Part shown: in pieces, positions 22,901 to 35,614 of the stretch
Position numbering within the stretch: the stretch's first letter is position 1
Layout: every line of letters begins with the position of its first letter
Assembly: GCF_902459465.1 (NCBI RefSeq)
Contig: NC_047081.1
Coordinates: forward strand, 1,860,001-1,924,000
DNA from: Asterias rubens
Taxonomy: Eukaryota
Direction: 5' to 3'
Length of the DNA: 64,000 nucleotides
The notes under the pieces: generated by a model
Seen by the model: only the letters and a program-made list of their open reading frames with translations
Databases searched by the model: none
What the model was told of the DNA's origin: nothing
Translations under genes and position numbers: made by a program

Positions 22901-25900
22901 GAGGTGATTTCTCACTAAAATAATAAAAGACTTCTAGCTAGAAGTCTTTTATTCTTATCTGAAAGCACACAAATTCGTCCAACAAGGGTGTTTTTTTCTT
23001 TCATAGTTTTCTCGCAACTTTGGTGACGGATTGGGCCCAAATTTTCACAGGCTTGTTATTTTATGGTTATGATGGGATACACCAAGTGAGATGACTGGTC
23101 TTCCAAATGTGTACCTTCCCTTTAAGGGAAAGCATTGCCTTCGATTGGCCAATAAATTATACCTACTTGAAAAAGTGGAAGAGTCCCATTTGTGGATGTT
23201 CATTCAGTTTGCGCACTGGCCATCCCTTTAGCAAAGGCAATAACCTAAAACAACAAGAAAAGTTCACACAAGGCGTTAAAGCCCTATTTTGGCTGTTAAC
23301 TGTTGAACGGCTTCTGACTGGCACCCCTGAACAAAGATATTGACAAAATAGGGACAAACTAGGCAACATAGGGCTAGATAGCTCAGTTGGTAGAGCGCCA
23401 GCACGTTAATCCGGAGGTCGTTGGTTCGAATCCCACTCTAGTCAACTCTTTGTTCAACCCCAAAAATCATTTCAAAAATTTACACAGTCAGTTTCCCTGG
23501 TGGTTTATATTGAATTGATTTATTTGATATAATAATAATAATAATAGTGGCTTCTTATATAGCGCTGTCCATCATGCAGCGACGCTCATGGCGCTTACCC
23601 CTGGTCACTGGGCCTTAAAATCATTCCTTAAACCATTTCAGCTCCCTGGGGAGTATATAGCCTGTGCCGCCAAATGAGTAGCGCAATCAAAGCTAATCAA
23701 TCACAAGAACCAACTCTGCCCTCACAGGTACCCATTTACCTCAAAGACTATAACTTTGCTATCATCAATTGATTTTGCAGACCAAAGACTACCTGAAGCA
23801 TGACTGTGATATACAGAGCTGGAAGACAGAGGAATTACATAGCGAGAGGCACAAGACAAGGCAAGAGGATGAAGACGATTTAGTAAGTTCCCTCAGTGTA
23901 AGGATGCGTCTTAAATGGTGTCTTCAGCTACAGCTACAACTAGAGTGTCATGGCCGAGTGGTTAAGAGCGTCGAACACAAGTTCTGGTGCTAATTCACCG
24001 GAGTGTGGGTTCGAATCCCGGTCATGACACTTGTGTCCTTGAGCAAGATACTTTACTATAATTGCTTCTCTTCACCCAGGGGTATGAATGGGTACCTGCG
24101 AGGGTAGAGGTAGATATTGTGAATGAAAAAGCCTTTGGAGCGATATAAACTGTTGCCCAGGTTGTATACTCCCAAGGGAGCTGAGAAACATTAAAAAAAG
24201 GGATGTTATTGGCCCTATGACCAGCCGTCGATTTCACAAAACTCTTCCTAACTTAAGACTAATCTTAGGACTTAGGGCAAGTCCAAAACCCTGCACTGTA
24301 GCATGCAGACCTTAAGATTAATCCTAAGTTAAGATGAGTTACTCGTCCTAACTCAAGATAAGACGAGTCCTAACTCTTTGTGAAATCGACCCCTGGGCAC
24401 TAATGTAAAGAGCATTGATAGGTTATTGTAAAATGCGCTGTATAAGAATTGGTTGTGAGAGCGGTGTGTCTGCCTATTTTCCAATTCTGGCAGACGCGCT
24501 GATCCAGCAGTAGCTGTAGCCGAAATCGCCGTTTCGAACTGGGCCTTAAGGTCGAGTTATAGTCGGTCGCGCGATGGTCGGGCGTCGGAAATCTAGACAC
24601 GCGATCATAAAAAGACACGGTTTTTAGGCCTCAGCCTCAGGATTGCGCTTAAGATTTCCGCCGCGCGACCATCGCGCGACCGATTATAAACCGGCCTTGA
24701 CAGTGTCACTGTTGTCCAGTGGTTAGACTGCAGAGCTTGCATTTAGAAAGTTGTGGGTTCGAATCCTTACCAAGCTAACCCCTGATTTCAAAATGACTTG
24801 AATAAGTATTGTCTTCTAGTTACTCAATCACAATTTCTTGATTGTTTGAATCTTATAATAATCAAAGACGTTAACCCAATGTGTGTATGAGAGTAGTTGG
24901 CTGTTCCCAGCTTGGTGTTTATATCCCCTTGTGGGTGTTTGCCGAGTTCCCTTGATGGGTAGGGCAATAAGAGACACTTTTTCAGAGCTTATATGGCTCT
25001 GGAAGTAAGTTCTGCTTCTTACCTCAAGAATTTGATGTGTTCCATTTCCTTGCCATGATCTCCATCTCCCATGAACATATCAAAGAAATCCTGTCATGAA
25101 GGAGTAAGGTGAAATGAAAGATCAAGGGTTCTGCTTGTTCGATACTTTTAAAGGAACACGTTGCCTTGGATCGGACGAGTTGGTCTATAAAAAGCGATTG
25201 TAACTGTTTGTTATAAAATGCATATGGTTGGAAAGATGTTTGAAAAGTAGAATACAATGATCCACACAAATTTGCCTTGAAATTGCGTGGTTTTCCTTTT
25301 ACTTAGCGAACTAACACGGTCGGCCATTTATGGGAGTTAAAAATTTGACTCCCATAAATGGCAGGCCGTGGTAGTCGACGAGGTAAAAGGAAAACCGTGC
25401 AATTTCGAGGCGTGTTTGTCTGTATCATTGTATTCTACTTTTAAAACATCTTTCTACCCATACGCATTTTATTAAAAACGGTTACAAACGCTTTTCAGAC
25501 ACCAACTCGACCGAACTAAGGCAATGTGTTCCTTTAAGCCCTTTTAACACTACTCCATTCCCCGTAGGAATGACGGCCGACCCGTTCACACTTGGGATGC
25601 TTTACCCCTGGATCTACCCACATCAAAAACTGAAACTTCCTTCCTTGTCTTCTCTCCGTTGGGTTCTTGGCTAGTACAGCGATTAAGTTTGATTTTCTGA
25701 GAGTCCCTGACTTCACAACCGGAATTAATCAATGAAATCAAAATACTTGTGAAGCTACTTTGAAGCCATTGGACATGTTGGACCCTTTCGCCACAGTATT
25801 GTCCAAGGCCCACACCTTGTGTATCACAACTTCTATATAAAATAACAAACCTGTGAAAATTTAGGCTCAATCGGTCATCGTAGTCGGGAGAAAATAACGG

Positions 25901-28900
25901 GAAAACCCACCCTTGTATCCCCACTTTTCGCCGTGTCATGACATGTGTTTAAAACAAATCCGTAATTCTCGATATCGAGAATTGATATTGTTTTACTGTT
26001 TTCTCAAAAAGGAAAGCATTTCATAGAATAATATTTCAAGAGAAGTCTTTCACCACTACCTTCTGTAAACCCTGTAAGTTATTTGTAAATCTGTGAATGT
26101 TTTCTGAACCAAAAGGGTCCAATGGCTTTAAACTACAGAAGTAACAATCACAGCACAGATTAGTTGCCAGAAAATCTTTCAACTGAGGGAAGAAGTGCAA
26201 AAGAACCTCTTCTTCAATTGATCTCACTTTACTTCTGACTGCTAAAGTATAGGGATGAGAAAGTTCAGACTTTTGCCAAGTCTAGGCACCAACCTACCTC
26301 CATTTCAATAGCAATAAGCTCACAAGGCACCTCAGCAGTGATGGTGCTCGTCCGTTTGATATTGTGGAGCAATTCTGGCTCTCCGAAGCACTCGCCTTTG
26401 CGGAGGATCTGTATCACTTTGGTACATGGCTCCTTGGTGATGCGGTCTGCATCTGAACGTGTCACAACAGCTGGAGGAAGCAAATATTTTATGGTTATCT
26501 CAATCCAAGAGGGAAGATGGTGTAATGAGTAGGGGTAGAGTCAGGTCGTGGCTGATCGGTCTAGGGCAGTGGACTCTTCAGAGTTGGGGTTTGATTACCT
26601 TTCATAGCTGCATGCTTTCATAAAGCAATTAACCATAAATTGCTTCTCTTGACCCAGGTGTATAAATGGAACCTACGCAGGCTGAGACGGATTTATGTTG
26701 GATTGTTTCCTTAGTGTGTGTTAGTATATTAAAGCAGCTTAAGGTTGATCTAATCAGATCTAATGAACAGTTCTTACCCGATCCAGTAATCAAGAAATAG
26801 AAGATCTCTGCCTTTTGACCTTGACGGATAATAACTCTCTTTGCTGGTATGCTGTAAGAGAGAATTAAACCAAACCAACGTTAAACCAAGGGGTTTTGGA
26901 ACACGTAGAGGTGCAGGAACATAGGGGTGTTGGATTTTGGGACTGCCAATTTATAGGGGTGCCAAATTATAGGGGTGTCGGAACATGAGGCCTTTTTCAC
27001 ACTACTGGGGGCTAACAGACGTCCTTTTCATACTATGAGGGCTTTACCTCCGGTCTGCCTCCGGTCTGGGCAAACCACAGGGAATAGCTCTGCTCTGTAG
27101 TAGGAATAAGCGATAAAACCCTGGGGTATTCTTGAAACGTGCAGCCGGAACTGTGTGGAATAGGCACTTAGGCAGGAACAGTGTGAAAGAGGACCTCCCC
27201 TGGGCTGTATTCACCGGGGATAAGAAATATGGTGTGAAGAGGGCTAAAGGGGTGTCGGAACATAGGGATGTAACCTACTTGTAGAAGAACGCAACGCGGA
27301 CAAGTTTCTCTTGGATGTGAAGAGGGTACTCTGCAAATGAGGAGATTGACTGGAGACCGTGCAGAGCCTGAGAGGGGGAAAATATCAGATAGCATGTTTA
27401 AGGGAAATTGTGCATAAAAGATGCGGTTTGTTTTTTCGTACTCATTGAAGGCCTGAATGGAAAAGACTTCATCCTTACCAATTTGAGCTGAGATGGCTTG
27501 CGGTCCTCGGGCTCAATGCTGAGAAAGTTCTTCACGTCTTGTGTGATGCGGGTCTGAGAAATTAAGACAAGCAATTAATGAAGATATTTTGTTAACTATT
27601 CAAGTGCGTGACCTACTCATTTGCGACAGAAAATTTTGCTAAACAGTTTTGTTTTAAGCAAAAACTAGCAGGATACCAATCAAAGATGGTGCGTGTGACA
27701 TGGTATTTTGGCTGGTAACCTTATTCTGGTAAGCATAGTTTTGTTGTGCTTTATAAGCATCTCAAATGTTCCAAACTGGTTGAATTCCCTGGGACCGAGT
27801 AACAACCTCACGCTGTTGCTTATTAGTGGTAAGGAGTTAATCCAACACAACACCATCGCATGTTCCCATTTGACACCTGGGTTAAGAGAAGCAATATATG
27901 GTTAAGTATCTTTGATAGCAAAGTGTTCCTTACCTCTCGTTTGGCTCGGAAGTATTTCTTATCGAAAGTGAGTTGTTCGATTGTTCCAGTGCCATCTGTC
28001 CCTGAGGAGTGGGAGTTAAACGAGAGGATCTGGTCTTCCTCTTCGACATCGGCCGTCGCTCTGTGAATCAAATAAACAAAACAAAAATCAAAGTATTGCA
28101 AATGGGCATTTCAGTCATTCTATTACATTTGTAGACATTCAAGACCGTACTGTGACCTTTCTTTAGTTCTTGAATTTATACTACCTGTTTCAGGCCTGCA
28201 TGCTTTGTTTTTGAAAGGGCAAGGGCACCAAGGCATTTTCTCCTCGGTTTAGGGCACCCTTATTAGGAAATTGTAAATTTCTACTGGAGCATTTCAAGTA
28301 CACAAAGGCAATGACATTTCAAGGGCACCAAGGCAATGACCAGAGGGCATGGAGGCAATCGCCTTCTTTGCCTTCGTGAAGTATCAGGCATGATATTTAC
28401 ATTTGATAAAATGGAATGGTTGACCAGCTCTTGCTGCTGGGGTGCTGCTTTTACAAAATTGAATGAGTCTTACGGCCTTGTTAAAAGTAATTATCTTATT
28501 TTGACCAGTGAATGTCAAACTGTTGAAATTGTAATGATAGAACTTACTCCTTTTGACTGTTGGATGTTGATTCAACAGAGCATACATTTTCAAACGAAAT
28601 TGCCCCGGTGTTAAAGGCAGTGGACACTATTGGTAATTACTCAAAATAATTATTAGCCTAAAACCTTTCTTGGTAATGAGTAATGGGGAGCTGTTGATAG
28701 TATAAAACATTGTGAGAAACTGCTCCCTCTAAAGTGAAGTAGTTTTCGAGAAAGAAGTAATTTTGCACGAATTTGATTTCGAGACTTAGCCGTGAAAACC
28801 TATAGGGGGCCTATGGGACATAATGGCGCTCTATAAAGAACACAGCGCCTAGCAATCAACAACAGGTTTTAAACAGGAAATAACAAAATAAAACACATTT

Positions 28901-31900
28901 CATCAAATCACAAGCTGGGAAAAGGGTGAGTTTTAAACTGGCGCTGGAAGGTCGCAGCGCAGTAGATGCCACTTCCCTGATAGCACACGGCAGCTTGTTC
29001 CACAATTCAGGAGCAACAACAAAATGAACTGGTGTTGCGTACAATTAAAACATAATATTACCCATGCCATATTATGGTGCCTTATTTCATATAAGGCCAA
29101 TAAATAGGGCCATTCTACTTTGTATCCTTGAAACTTTACCCTATTTATGAGGCTAATCATTTTATGTATTTTTCCGAGTGGAAACATCTCGGGTGTTTTT
29201 GTCCTTTGACCTTCAAAAGGAAGGACAATGCTTGTGTTTTACAGCGAGATTGTCGCCAATTATATTGCAAACAACTTTACAACCAAAATGACCTACGGTA
29301 TAAATGCAAACAAAAAAATTGTTACAAATATACACACAAAAATTGTTAATGGCCTGACGTTTCGACCCAAGAAGAGTCTTTCTAATAATCTTCTGTGAAG
29401 TCATTTTCTAAAAGTCACCTCAAAGTTTCTGTACCGCAACTGAAAACGTTAGCCCTCGCACCAACAGCCACAACTAACGCCCTTTGTCCATCCCTGTTTA
29501 ACTGTTATCAAAGAATTAACGAACCCTTGCGTGCACTCTAAAGTCACCACCAGAACAATTTTACAAAACAGGACAAAGAATTCCTCCTCTATCGCCAGTA
29601 AGCATGCCTTACACCGTGGTGAAAACATACAAGTGTTGCGGACTGAGGAGAATGTGTTCCATCGACCTGGCGGTCTTTAGAATTTTTCTCAAGCAAGTGG
29701 CAAAAGTAAAGTTGTCAACAAAAAAGTCACAACACACAAAAAGAAACTCTGCGAGAAGTCATTCTTGTCATTGTCGCCTGGATCTCACACTTGGTTCAGA
29801 AAAACGGAAGTATTCGGCCTGCGAAATTGATTTGGAGATTCTAAAGTCAGATTGGGTTTTCACACACAAACAGTTTGACGTTCTTAAAGGGGGTATACCT
29901 TTGGTAGTTACTCCAAAAATGTTTGACCATGTAAACTTACTTGGTAAAGAGCACTGAAAAGCTATTGGTATTAAAAAACAACATTTTTAGAAGTGACACC
30001 CTTTGAAGCAACTTAGTTTTAGCATTAGAGACAGACTCTGAGGTAATTTTTTGCAATTTTTTTTTTCTTCTTTAAATCTTGCAACTACGATGACCACAGT
30101 TGAGCCCAAATTTTCACAGGTTTGTTATTTTAAGCATCATGGGATACACCAAGTGGGGATACTGGTCTTTGGCAATTACCAAAAGTATCCTAAAGCCCAT
30201 TCCAGGTTGCTACAAGAGTTTTTCCTTTTAAGCAGGTCGTCTGAAAATAAAAATGGATGGTAGCCTAAAAGGGATTCGCGAACTTCCTTGACATCCCCAT
30301 GAAGTCCTCTGTTTTTCTTCCCTGTTTTTCTTTTCTGTTTTCAAAGTATAAAACCATCGATATAAACCATGGCTCACCAACACTAGCCATCAGTCAGTCG
30401 TTTTAGGGCAAGCTCATGCCTGCATTCCCACTCACGAACACAATCTTTTAAACAAGGTACATTTGCAAGAGTGTCCATGAAAAATGTTGATTTTACCAGA
30501 AGCCAACAAAATGTTGAAGTATTTACTTGGGCTTTCGAGTGGCCTTCCAGCGTACTTACAGTCCAGATGGGATATATACACCGACGCATACCAGCCAAAA
30601 CCAACAGTATTCTGCGTTTGGTTTGACTGGTGCCCGTCTTATTTGTGCTTATGTGAAACTTGTTTCTGCCATCGATAACTTTGATTTGTTTGCCTTGCTT
30701 GTCGAGGAGTGCTTGATCGATTTGTAATGGGTGCAATAATATGTATAATGACGTCCCAACTCCACCTTAGAATTCTATGAATATAACACTCCAAGATTTT
30801 CTTCCGTGCAGAGGCAAGCAGAGGAAGAAAGACTGCGACAGTACAAACGAAGACTTAACACGAAACACTGAACATTTTGTTGTGTGAATATAGCCCGATG
30901 TCATGGTGTTGAAAGAGTACTTTTGTGGCTTCGCAGTAACCATGGCTACCAAATACAAGTTATCTGCCTATCATTAATTGAACTTTAGAAGCAAATGGAG
31001 ACAAGGCACTGGATGAAGTTTCAGTTTTAGTGAGGAAAACCTCAGAGAATTATTCCAGGGAAAAACAACGCTGTTAGAGACTGAAAACCCAAATCCACGT
31101 ATTGCTCCGGCGGGATTCAAGGGTCCCGTGGAAGGCGAGGAAAGATCACTATTATTTATTTACTAACTAGGAATGTATACACATTGTCAACTTCAAAATA
31201 ATGTCCTCGTCAGTTGAGCGAAACAGACTTTTTTAGACTAAAATAGCGCTTTGACACAAAACCCATAAACACAGGGCAATTTGCAATGCAGAGCACGTGC
31301 AGTGCAATTCTTTCAAACGGACGGTTTGAAACTCGTTGGATGGCGTTTTCGAACCACGGCTACAACTTGTCCTCTTTCGAACCCCTTATACAACGCACTT
31401 CACCAACCGATCAAATCACAAAATATGCAAAGTGAAGGCATAAATTAAAGCTTGTATTTAAACAAATAAAACTGTCACCATTCATTTATAATACAATAAA
31501 GTGTACTTACTTGTTGAGGGTAATTTGCATGATGATCATACGCACTGCTCGGATGAACTTCCATCGTGCCTGAAAGAAAAACAAGTTGAAAATGCGTCTA
31601 AAAACTTTGATTTATTGCTCCATGGTCGTTTGCAAATTGCTTACCAACCAAACTAATTACCGATTTTGGGCATATCAATGAAAAACGATTTTGACCTCAT
31701 ACCTCGGCCCCTATAGCAGCGTATTAATTCTCAAGTAAAAAACAAAAAACACAAAAGCACAACTAAAGTGATAGGTAAACAACCGGAGAGTATGCATATG
31801 ATTTGACAAACTAACAAGAGTTGAAATCGTGCAAGAGTCGTTGAAATCGTGCAAGAGTCGCTAAAAAGTCTGGGCCTTTAGAGCAAGGTCTGAGTTTCGT

Positions 31901-32540
31901 TATAGCCCCTTGTAACACACGAAGCAATTTACAAGCAACAATCTCCTTAGAGAAAGTGCAATTCAATTTTGATGCTCACACTAGTCTGGGAAACGTAAAG
32001 ACACTGTTTGCAAACATAATTATGACTCATGTCTACCATGCCAAGAAGTGGTCGTGCAGTATGACACTGCAGTTGATTGCCTCCAAGTTGTCTATAAAAC
32101 TTACTTGCCTCGTGTGACGGGGCCCTTTAAAGCCATTGGACACTTTCGAAACAGAACCCCAAAAAGTTCACAGATTTACAAATTAATAACCTACTGGGTT
32201 TACAGAAGGTAATGGTGAAAGACTTCTCTTAAAATATTAGTCCATGAAATGCTTTACTTTTTTGGGGAAAACATTAAAACAATTATCGATTCTCGATATC
32301 GAGAATTACGGATTTATTTTAAACACATGTCAAGACACGGCGAAGCGTGCGGAAACAAGGGTGGGTTTTCTGGTTATTTTCTCCCGACTCCGATGACCGA
32401 TTGAGCCTAAATTTTTACACGTTTGTTAATATATAAGTTGTGATACACGAAGTGTGGGCCTTGGACAATACTGTTTACCGAAAGTGTTCAATGGTTTTAA
32501 GAATTTGACATGGAAAACTTACTTGTTTAGGCGTCATCAT
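19956..32540 (-). CDS. Cyclic nucleotide-binding domain-containing protein (CNBD2-like, two cNMP domains), 14 exons, 459 aa
   Basis: Exons 32523-32540, 31511-31569, 27934-28060, 27479-27553, 27279-27367, 26778-26851, 26298-26470, 25023-25090, 23167-23244, 22369-22429, 21932-22046, 21386-21474, 20838-20903, 19956-20243; all GT-AG, frame continuous. Motifs SFAEYPLHIQEKL, KRVIIRQGQKAEIFYFLITG, GECFGEPELLHNIKRTSTITA, WIYIVKSGSCQV, LSLVSRGAEVVMLSKRFF, VRPYP. Start codon (MMTPKQ) is the least certain part. Confidence 0.85.
22073..22272. mobile_element. MITE, PIF/Harbinger-like
   Basis: TTA|GGGTGCGTTCGATAAGCT ... AGCTATTCGAACGTACC inverted termini. Confidence 0.55.
22490..22660 (+). mobile_element. 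Degenerate DeuSINE fragment
   Basis: GAGCAAGATACTT..GTCCATCAGATGGGATGTTAAGCCG..AAAGAACCCAG aligns by eye with the 8843-9249 element. Confidence 0.55.
22762..23121. mobile_element. TTAA MITE family B
   Basis: TTAA flanks and TIRs identical in structure to 17659-18026. Confidence 0.8.
23371..23445 (+). mobile_element. tRNA-derived SINE head (tRNA-like pseudo-cloverleaf)
   Basis: GGCTAGATAGCTCAGTTGGTAGAGC...GGTTCGAATCCCACTCTAGTC: A and B boxes, acceptor stem pairs, anticodon stem broken; decayed copy at about 41600-41675. Confidence 0.6.
23530..23745 (-). mobile_element. SINE 3' half with (ATT)n tail
   Basis: Minus strand AATGGGTACCTGTGAGGG...TATACTCCCCAGGGAGCTG...GCGCTATATAAGA-(ATT)n; homologous to 23945-24455. 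Confidence 0.6.
23945..24455 (+). mobile_element. tRNA-headed SINE interrupted by a hairpin MITE
   Basis: A-box TGGCCGAGTGG, B-box GGTTCGAATCC, core GTGTCCTTGAGCAAG..CACCCAGGGGTATGAATGGGTACC, L2-like tail GCGCTGTATAAG; MITE insert at 24225-24392. Confidence 0.7.
24225..24392. mobile_element. Hairpin MITE (GATTTCACAAA...TTTGTGAAATC family, Harbinger-like)
   Basis: CAG|...|CTG flanks; relatives at about 15530-15705, 33375-33545, 43454-43591, 56014-56146, 61640-61760. Confidence 0.75.
25152..25533. mobile_element. TTAA MITE family C
   Basis: TTAA|AGGAACACGTTGCCTTGG ... CTAAGGCAATGTGTTCCT|TTAA. Confidence 0.8.
25764..26127. mobile_element. TTAA MITE family D
   Basis: AGCCATTGGAC ... GTCCAATGGCT|TTAA; inverted copy at 32131-32496. 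Confidence 0.75.
28192..28390. repeat. Dispersed repeat (AAGGGCAAGGGCACCAAGGC family)
   Basis: Homologous copies at about 38912-39080 and 61788-61942. Confidence 0.6.
28615..28785. mobile_element. Truncated TTAA MITE family A
   Basis: TTAA|AGGCAGTGGACACTATTGGTAATTACTC left half only, ends where the LINE fragment begins. Confidence 0.75.
28790..29044 (-). mobile_element. L2-clade LINE 3' end, decayed
   Basis: Minus-strand ORF 28856-29044 contains FVVAPELWNKLPCAIR, matching the F.VAAP.LWN.LP..IR C-terminus of L2 ORF2; followed by TATAGAGCGCC tail-like sequence. Confidence 0.65.
32131..32496. mobile_element. TTAA MITE family D
   Basis: TTAA flanks; homologous to 25764-26127. Confidence 0.75.
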
Positions 32541-33366
32541 CGTTCACTGTTGGTTTCTAACGCAAGTCGTTTTTTATGGAGAGATATTTTGATTTGGTAC
32601 AAATTCACAGCAGAAGTTTCGTCCACAAGGGGTCGTCCTTTGGGCGTCGCGTCCGATGGCTCGCGCGGCCTACTTAGATTTCAACAGTCACTATTTGGGC
32701 TAGCTTCTTGATCAATTCATATTTAGTATTTAGTATTCCAAGATCTTAGCACAAGGTCCGGTTTTGCTCCAGTTATTTTGTAGTACTTCCTGAAAGTTTG
32801 CATGACACCATCAGCACGTCGCCACTGTCCGGAGTTCTCTTTACTCTAAGCCAGGCTAGCAACTGAACAACTCTTCGGAATTAGCTTTGTTCCTCAACTG
32901 AGCTCATAGACGCGTAAAATTGAACATTTTCCATCACTGAAGATGAACAATAAATATCCAAGATTTTCCTCTCACACAGAAACAAAATCCTCCTAATTTT
33001 CCCTCTAGAACGCAGGGATAACCATCCCAATTATACCATCACCTCACAAACTCAGACCGGGGTGCGAAAGCGCTCCTGTCGGTCAACAGGATTGATTGAA
33101 CTGGTGGACATCGCAAACACAAAGGTCTTCACGGGGCGTATTATTATTGTTCCGTGTTTTTAGACGACCAGTCGTCATTACGCAACCTGTAACCGGGTTT
33201 GGACACAACAGAATGCCCTGGGGCCTAAATCAGTACTCTTTGTTAATGGGCTGACAGTTTATTGAAACCCTGATAGATGATAGAGATGATTTATTTATAG
33301 ACATCGGGCCTTTGGGATGTTGCCCTGTAACATTTTACCACATCATTGCTATTACTATTCCATTAA

Positions 33367-33907
33367 AGGCACTGGGGTGGATTTCACAAAGGTAGTCCTA
33401 ACTTAGGACTAGTCCTAGCAAATGATAAGAGATAGGACCAGTCCTAAGTTAGAATACATTACTGGTCCTAACTTAGGACAAGTCCTATCTCTTAGCATTG
33501 CCTAGGACTAGTCCTAAGTTAGGACTACCTTTGTGAAATCCACCCCTTGACACTTGGTAAAACTCAACATTGTTAACATACAATCTTATTTTGTAACGAG
33601 CAATATAAAGAGCTGTTGATAGTATAAAACATTGTGAGAAACAGCTCCCTCTGAAGTTTTTGGGAAAGAAGTAATTTCGCACTCAAATAATATTTGAATT
33701 TCGAGGCCTCAGCCGAGGTCTCGAAATCAAGCATTTGAAAGCAGACAACTTGTGCGACAAGGGTGTATTTTTTCTGCTTCAATTGTTCTCTCACAATTTT
33801 GATGACCAATTGAGTTCAAATTTTCACAGGTTATTTTCGATGCATATGTTGTAATACACCGAGTGTGAAGTTCGGTCTTTGACAATTACCAAAGGTGTCC
33901 AGTGCCT
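33367..33907. mobile_element. TTAA MITE family A with nested hairpin MITE (33375-33545)
   Basis: AGGCACTG|insert|(CTT)GACAC restores the AGGCACTGGACAC terminus; right end GTGTCCAGTGCCT|TTAA. Confidence 0.75.
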
Positions 33908-34089
33908 TTAAAGGAACATTACAGAACTGGTAAGAACAAAACTCGTCTAAGATCGCAGATTTACATAAAACTTACGCAGTCTAATGATGATGATAGTAGA
34001 AGACATCCCTTGAAATATTTCTGTAGTTTGTGTTCTCGTGATCCAGATAGCCGATCGATCACAAACGTCAACAGCTTTGTCAGTTTTAA

Positions 34090-34456
34090 AGGCAGTGGAC
34101 ACTATTGGTAATTACTCAAAATAATTATTATCATAAAACATTTCTTGGTGACAAGTAATGGGGAGAGGTTGGTAGTATAAAACATTGTGAGAAACGGCTC
34201 CCTCTGAAGTGCCATAGTTTTCGAGAAAGAAGTAATTTTCCACGAATTTGATTTCGAGACCTCAGATTTAGAACTTGAGGTCTTGAAATCAACCATCTAA
34301 ACGCACACAACTTCAGGTGACAAGGGAGTTTTTTCATTCATTATTATCTCGCAACTTTGCTGACCGATTGAGCTCAAACTTTCACAGGTTTGTTATGTTG
34401 AGATGCACCAACTGTGAAGGCTAGTCTTTGACAATTACCAATAGTGTCTACTGCCT
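34090..34456. mobile_element. TTAA MITE family A
   Basis: TTAA|AGGCAGTGGACACTATTGG ... CCAATAGTGTCTACTGCCT|TTGA. Confidence 0.8.
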
Positions 34457-35614
34457 TTGAGTTTCGGTTTAACAATGCAATTAAATAATTCAATTAAGGT
34501 GACAGGCAATGCGTGTCTCCCATGGCACATGAAGGTAGCCCTAATAAGGTCTTCCATATAGTTTGTGGCCTGCCTGTGTTTAGGATTTGAAACTTTGCGT
34601 GGTGGGAGTATTAATTATTGGGGTCAAGGGACAACCTTCGGTGTGACTGTGGACGGATGAAGCACCTGTACCGAATGCCTTCCATTCAAAAAATAAATGT
34701 TTTAATTTACAAAAAAATTGAAATGAAATAGTACGAGCATGCAGGTGTTAACATGAATGGATTGTTGTTTATTGGCCGGGAAAACCAATTATTGTCACCT
34801 TAATAACACAAAATTAAGTGTTTCAGGCTATCGTCCCGAAATAAACCATCTCACTTCTCAGGATGTCGTCAACTTGCGTCGATGGTGGTGTCACCATTCA
34901 GTAGTTAATATCCCATAAACCCAACAACCTGGATGGCACTTCCAGAGCTCCGTATCAAGGTTTCAACACGACGAAATAAACTCTCATGAATTTAGTGTTT
35001 GGGGGTACGGGTTCTGAAAATAACTGGTGGTTTCAACAACCCTGAGATTGTGGTGGGGGGGGGGGGGGGGGGCTCAATGACTTGGGATTGAGGTAGAAGG
35101 GGGAGGATCACTTGTGGCATGAATAAACCCGGCCCCAATTTTAGCTTAGCAACGGTCAGTAAATATAAATAATCTCCAATGATACACCAAAAAGACCTGC
35201 TACACTAATAACTTCAATGAAATGGTGAGCTTAAATCAGCCGTAATCCCTGACCCTCAGAACGGATTAAGGAAATCGTTTAATCCCTCAGAATCACTTTC
35301 GAGTGGTTGGTGTCTTCGGCTATGAGAAGAAAGTCCTCCATCATTCTCGGGAAGTGGGTCCTTGACGGTATTTCGTGACTTAATCTTTAAGGAGCACACT
35401 GGCGCACCACGAGGAGGGTCCAGCAGCTCCTCTACGCTACGCAATCGCTTTGTGCTTATTGTTTTGTTATATGTAAGCACTGGCCAAGTCCTAGAAACTG
35501 TTATCCTATCAGCCCATTATTTGAACTTTAGTGAAAAGTTACGTCACTCGTAGCCTCGTATAGTGTGATCGGACGCAGGATGTTCAGGCTACACGTCTCT
35601 CGTGGTCAAGAAAT

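Noticed and set aside
23371-23445. Second functional tRNA gene
   Set aside because: Anticodon stem has mismatches, no immediate T-run terminator, and a decayed copy exists at about 41600; treated as a SINE head.
30811-30870. Plus-strand terminal-exon-like RQAEEERLRQYKRRLNTKH*
   Set aside because: No upstream exons could be linked to it.
34595-34660. Frame reading INYWGQGTTFGVTV, like an immunoglobulin JH segment (WGQGT)
   Set aside because: No recombination signal heptamer/nonamer upstream, no splice donor after it, short frame bounded by stops, and an invertebrate context; best explained by chance.
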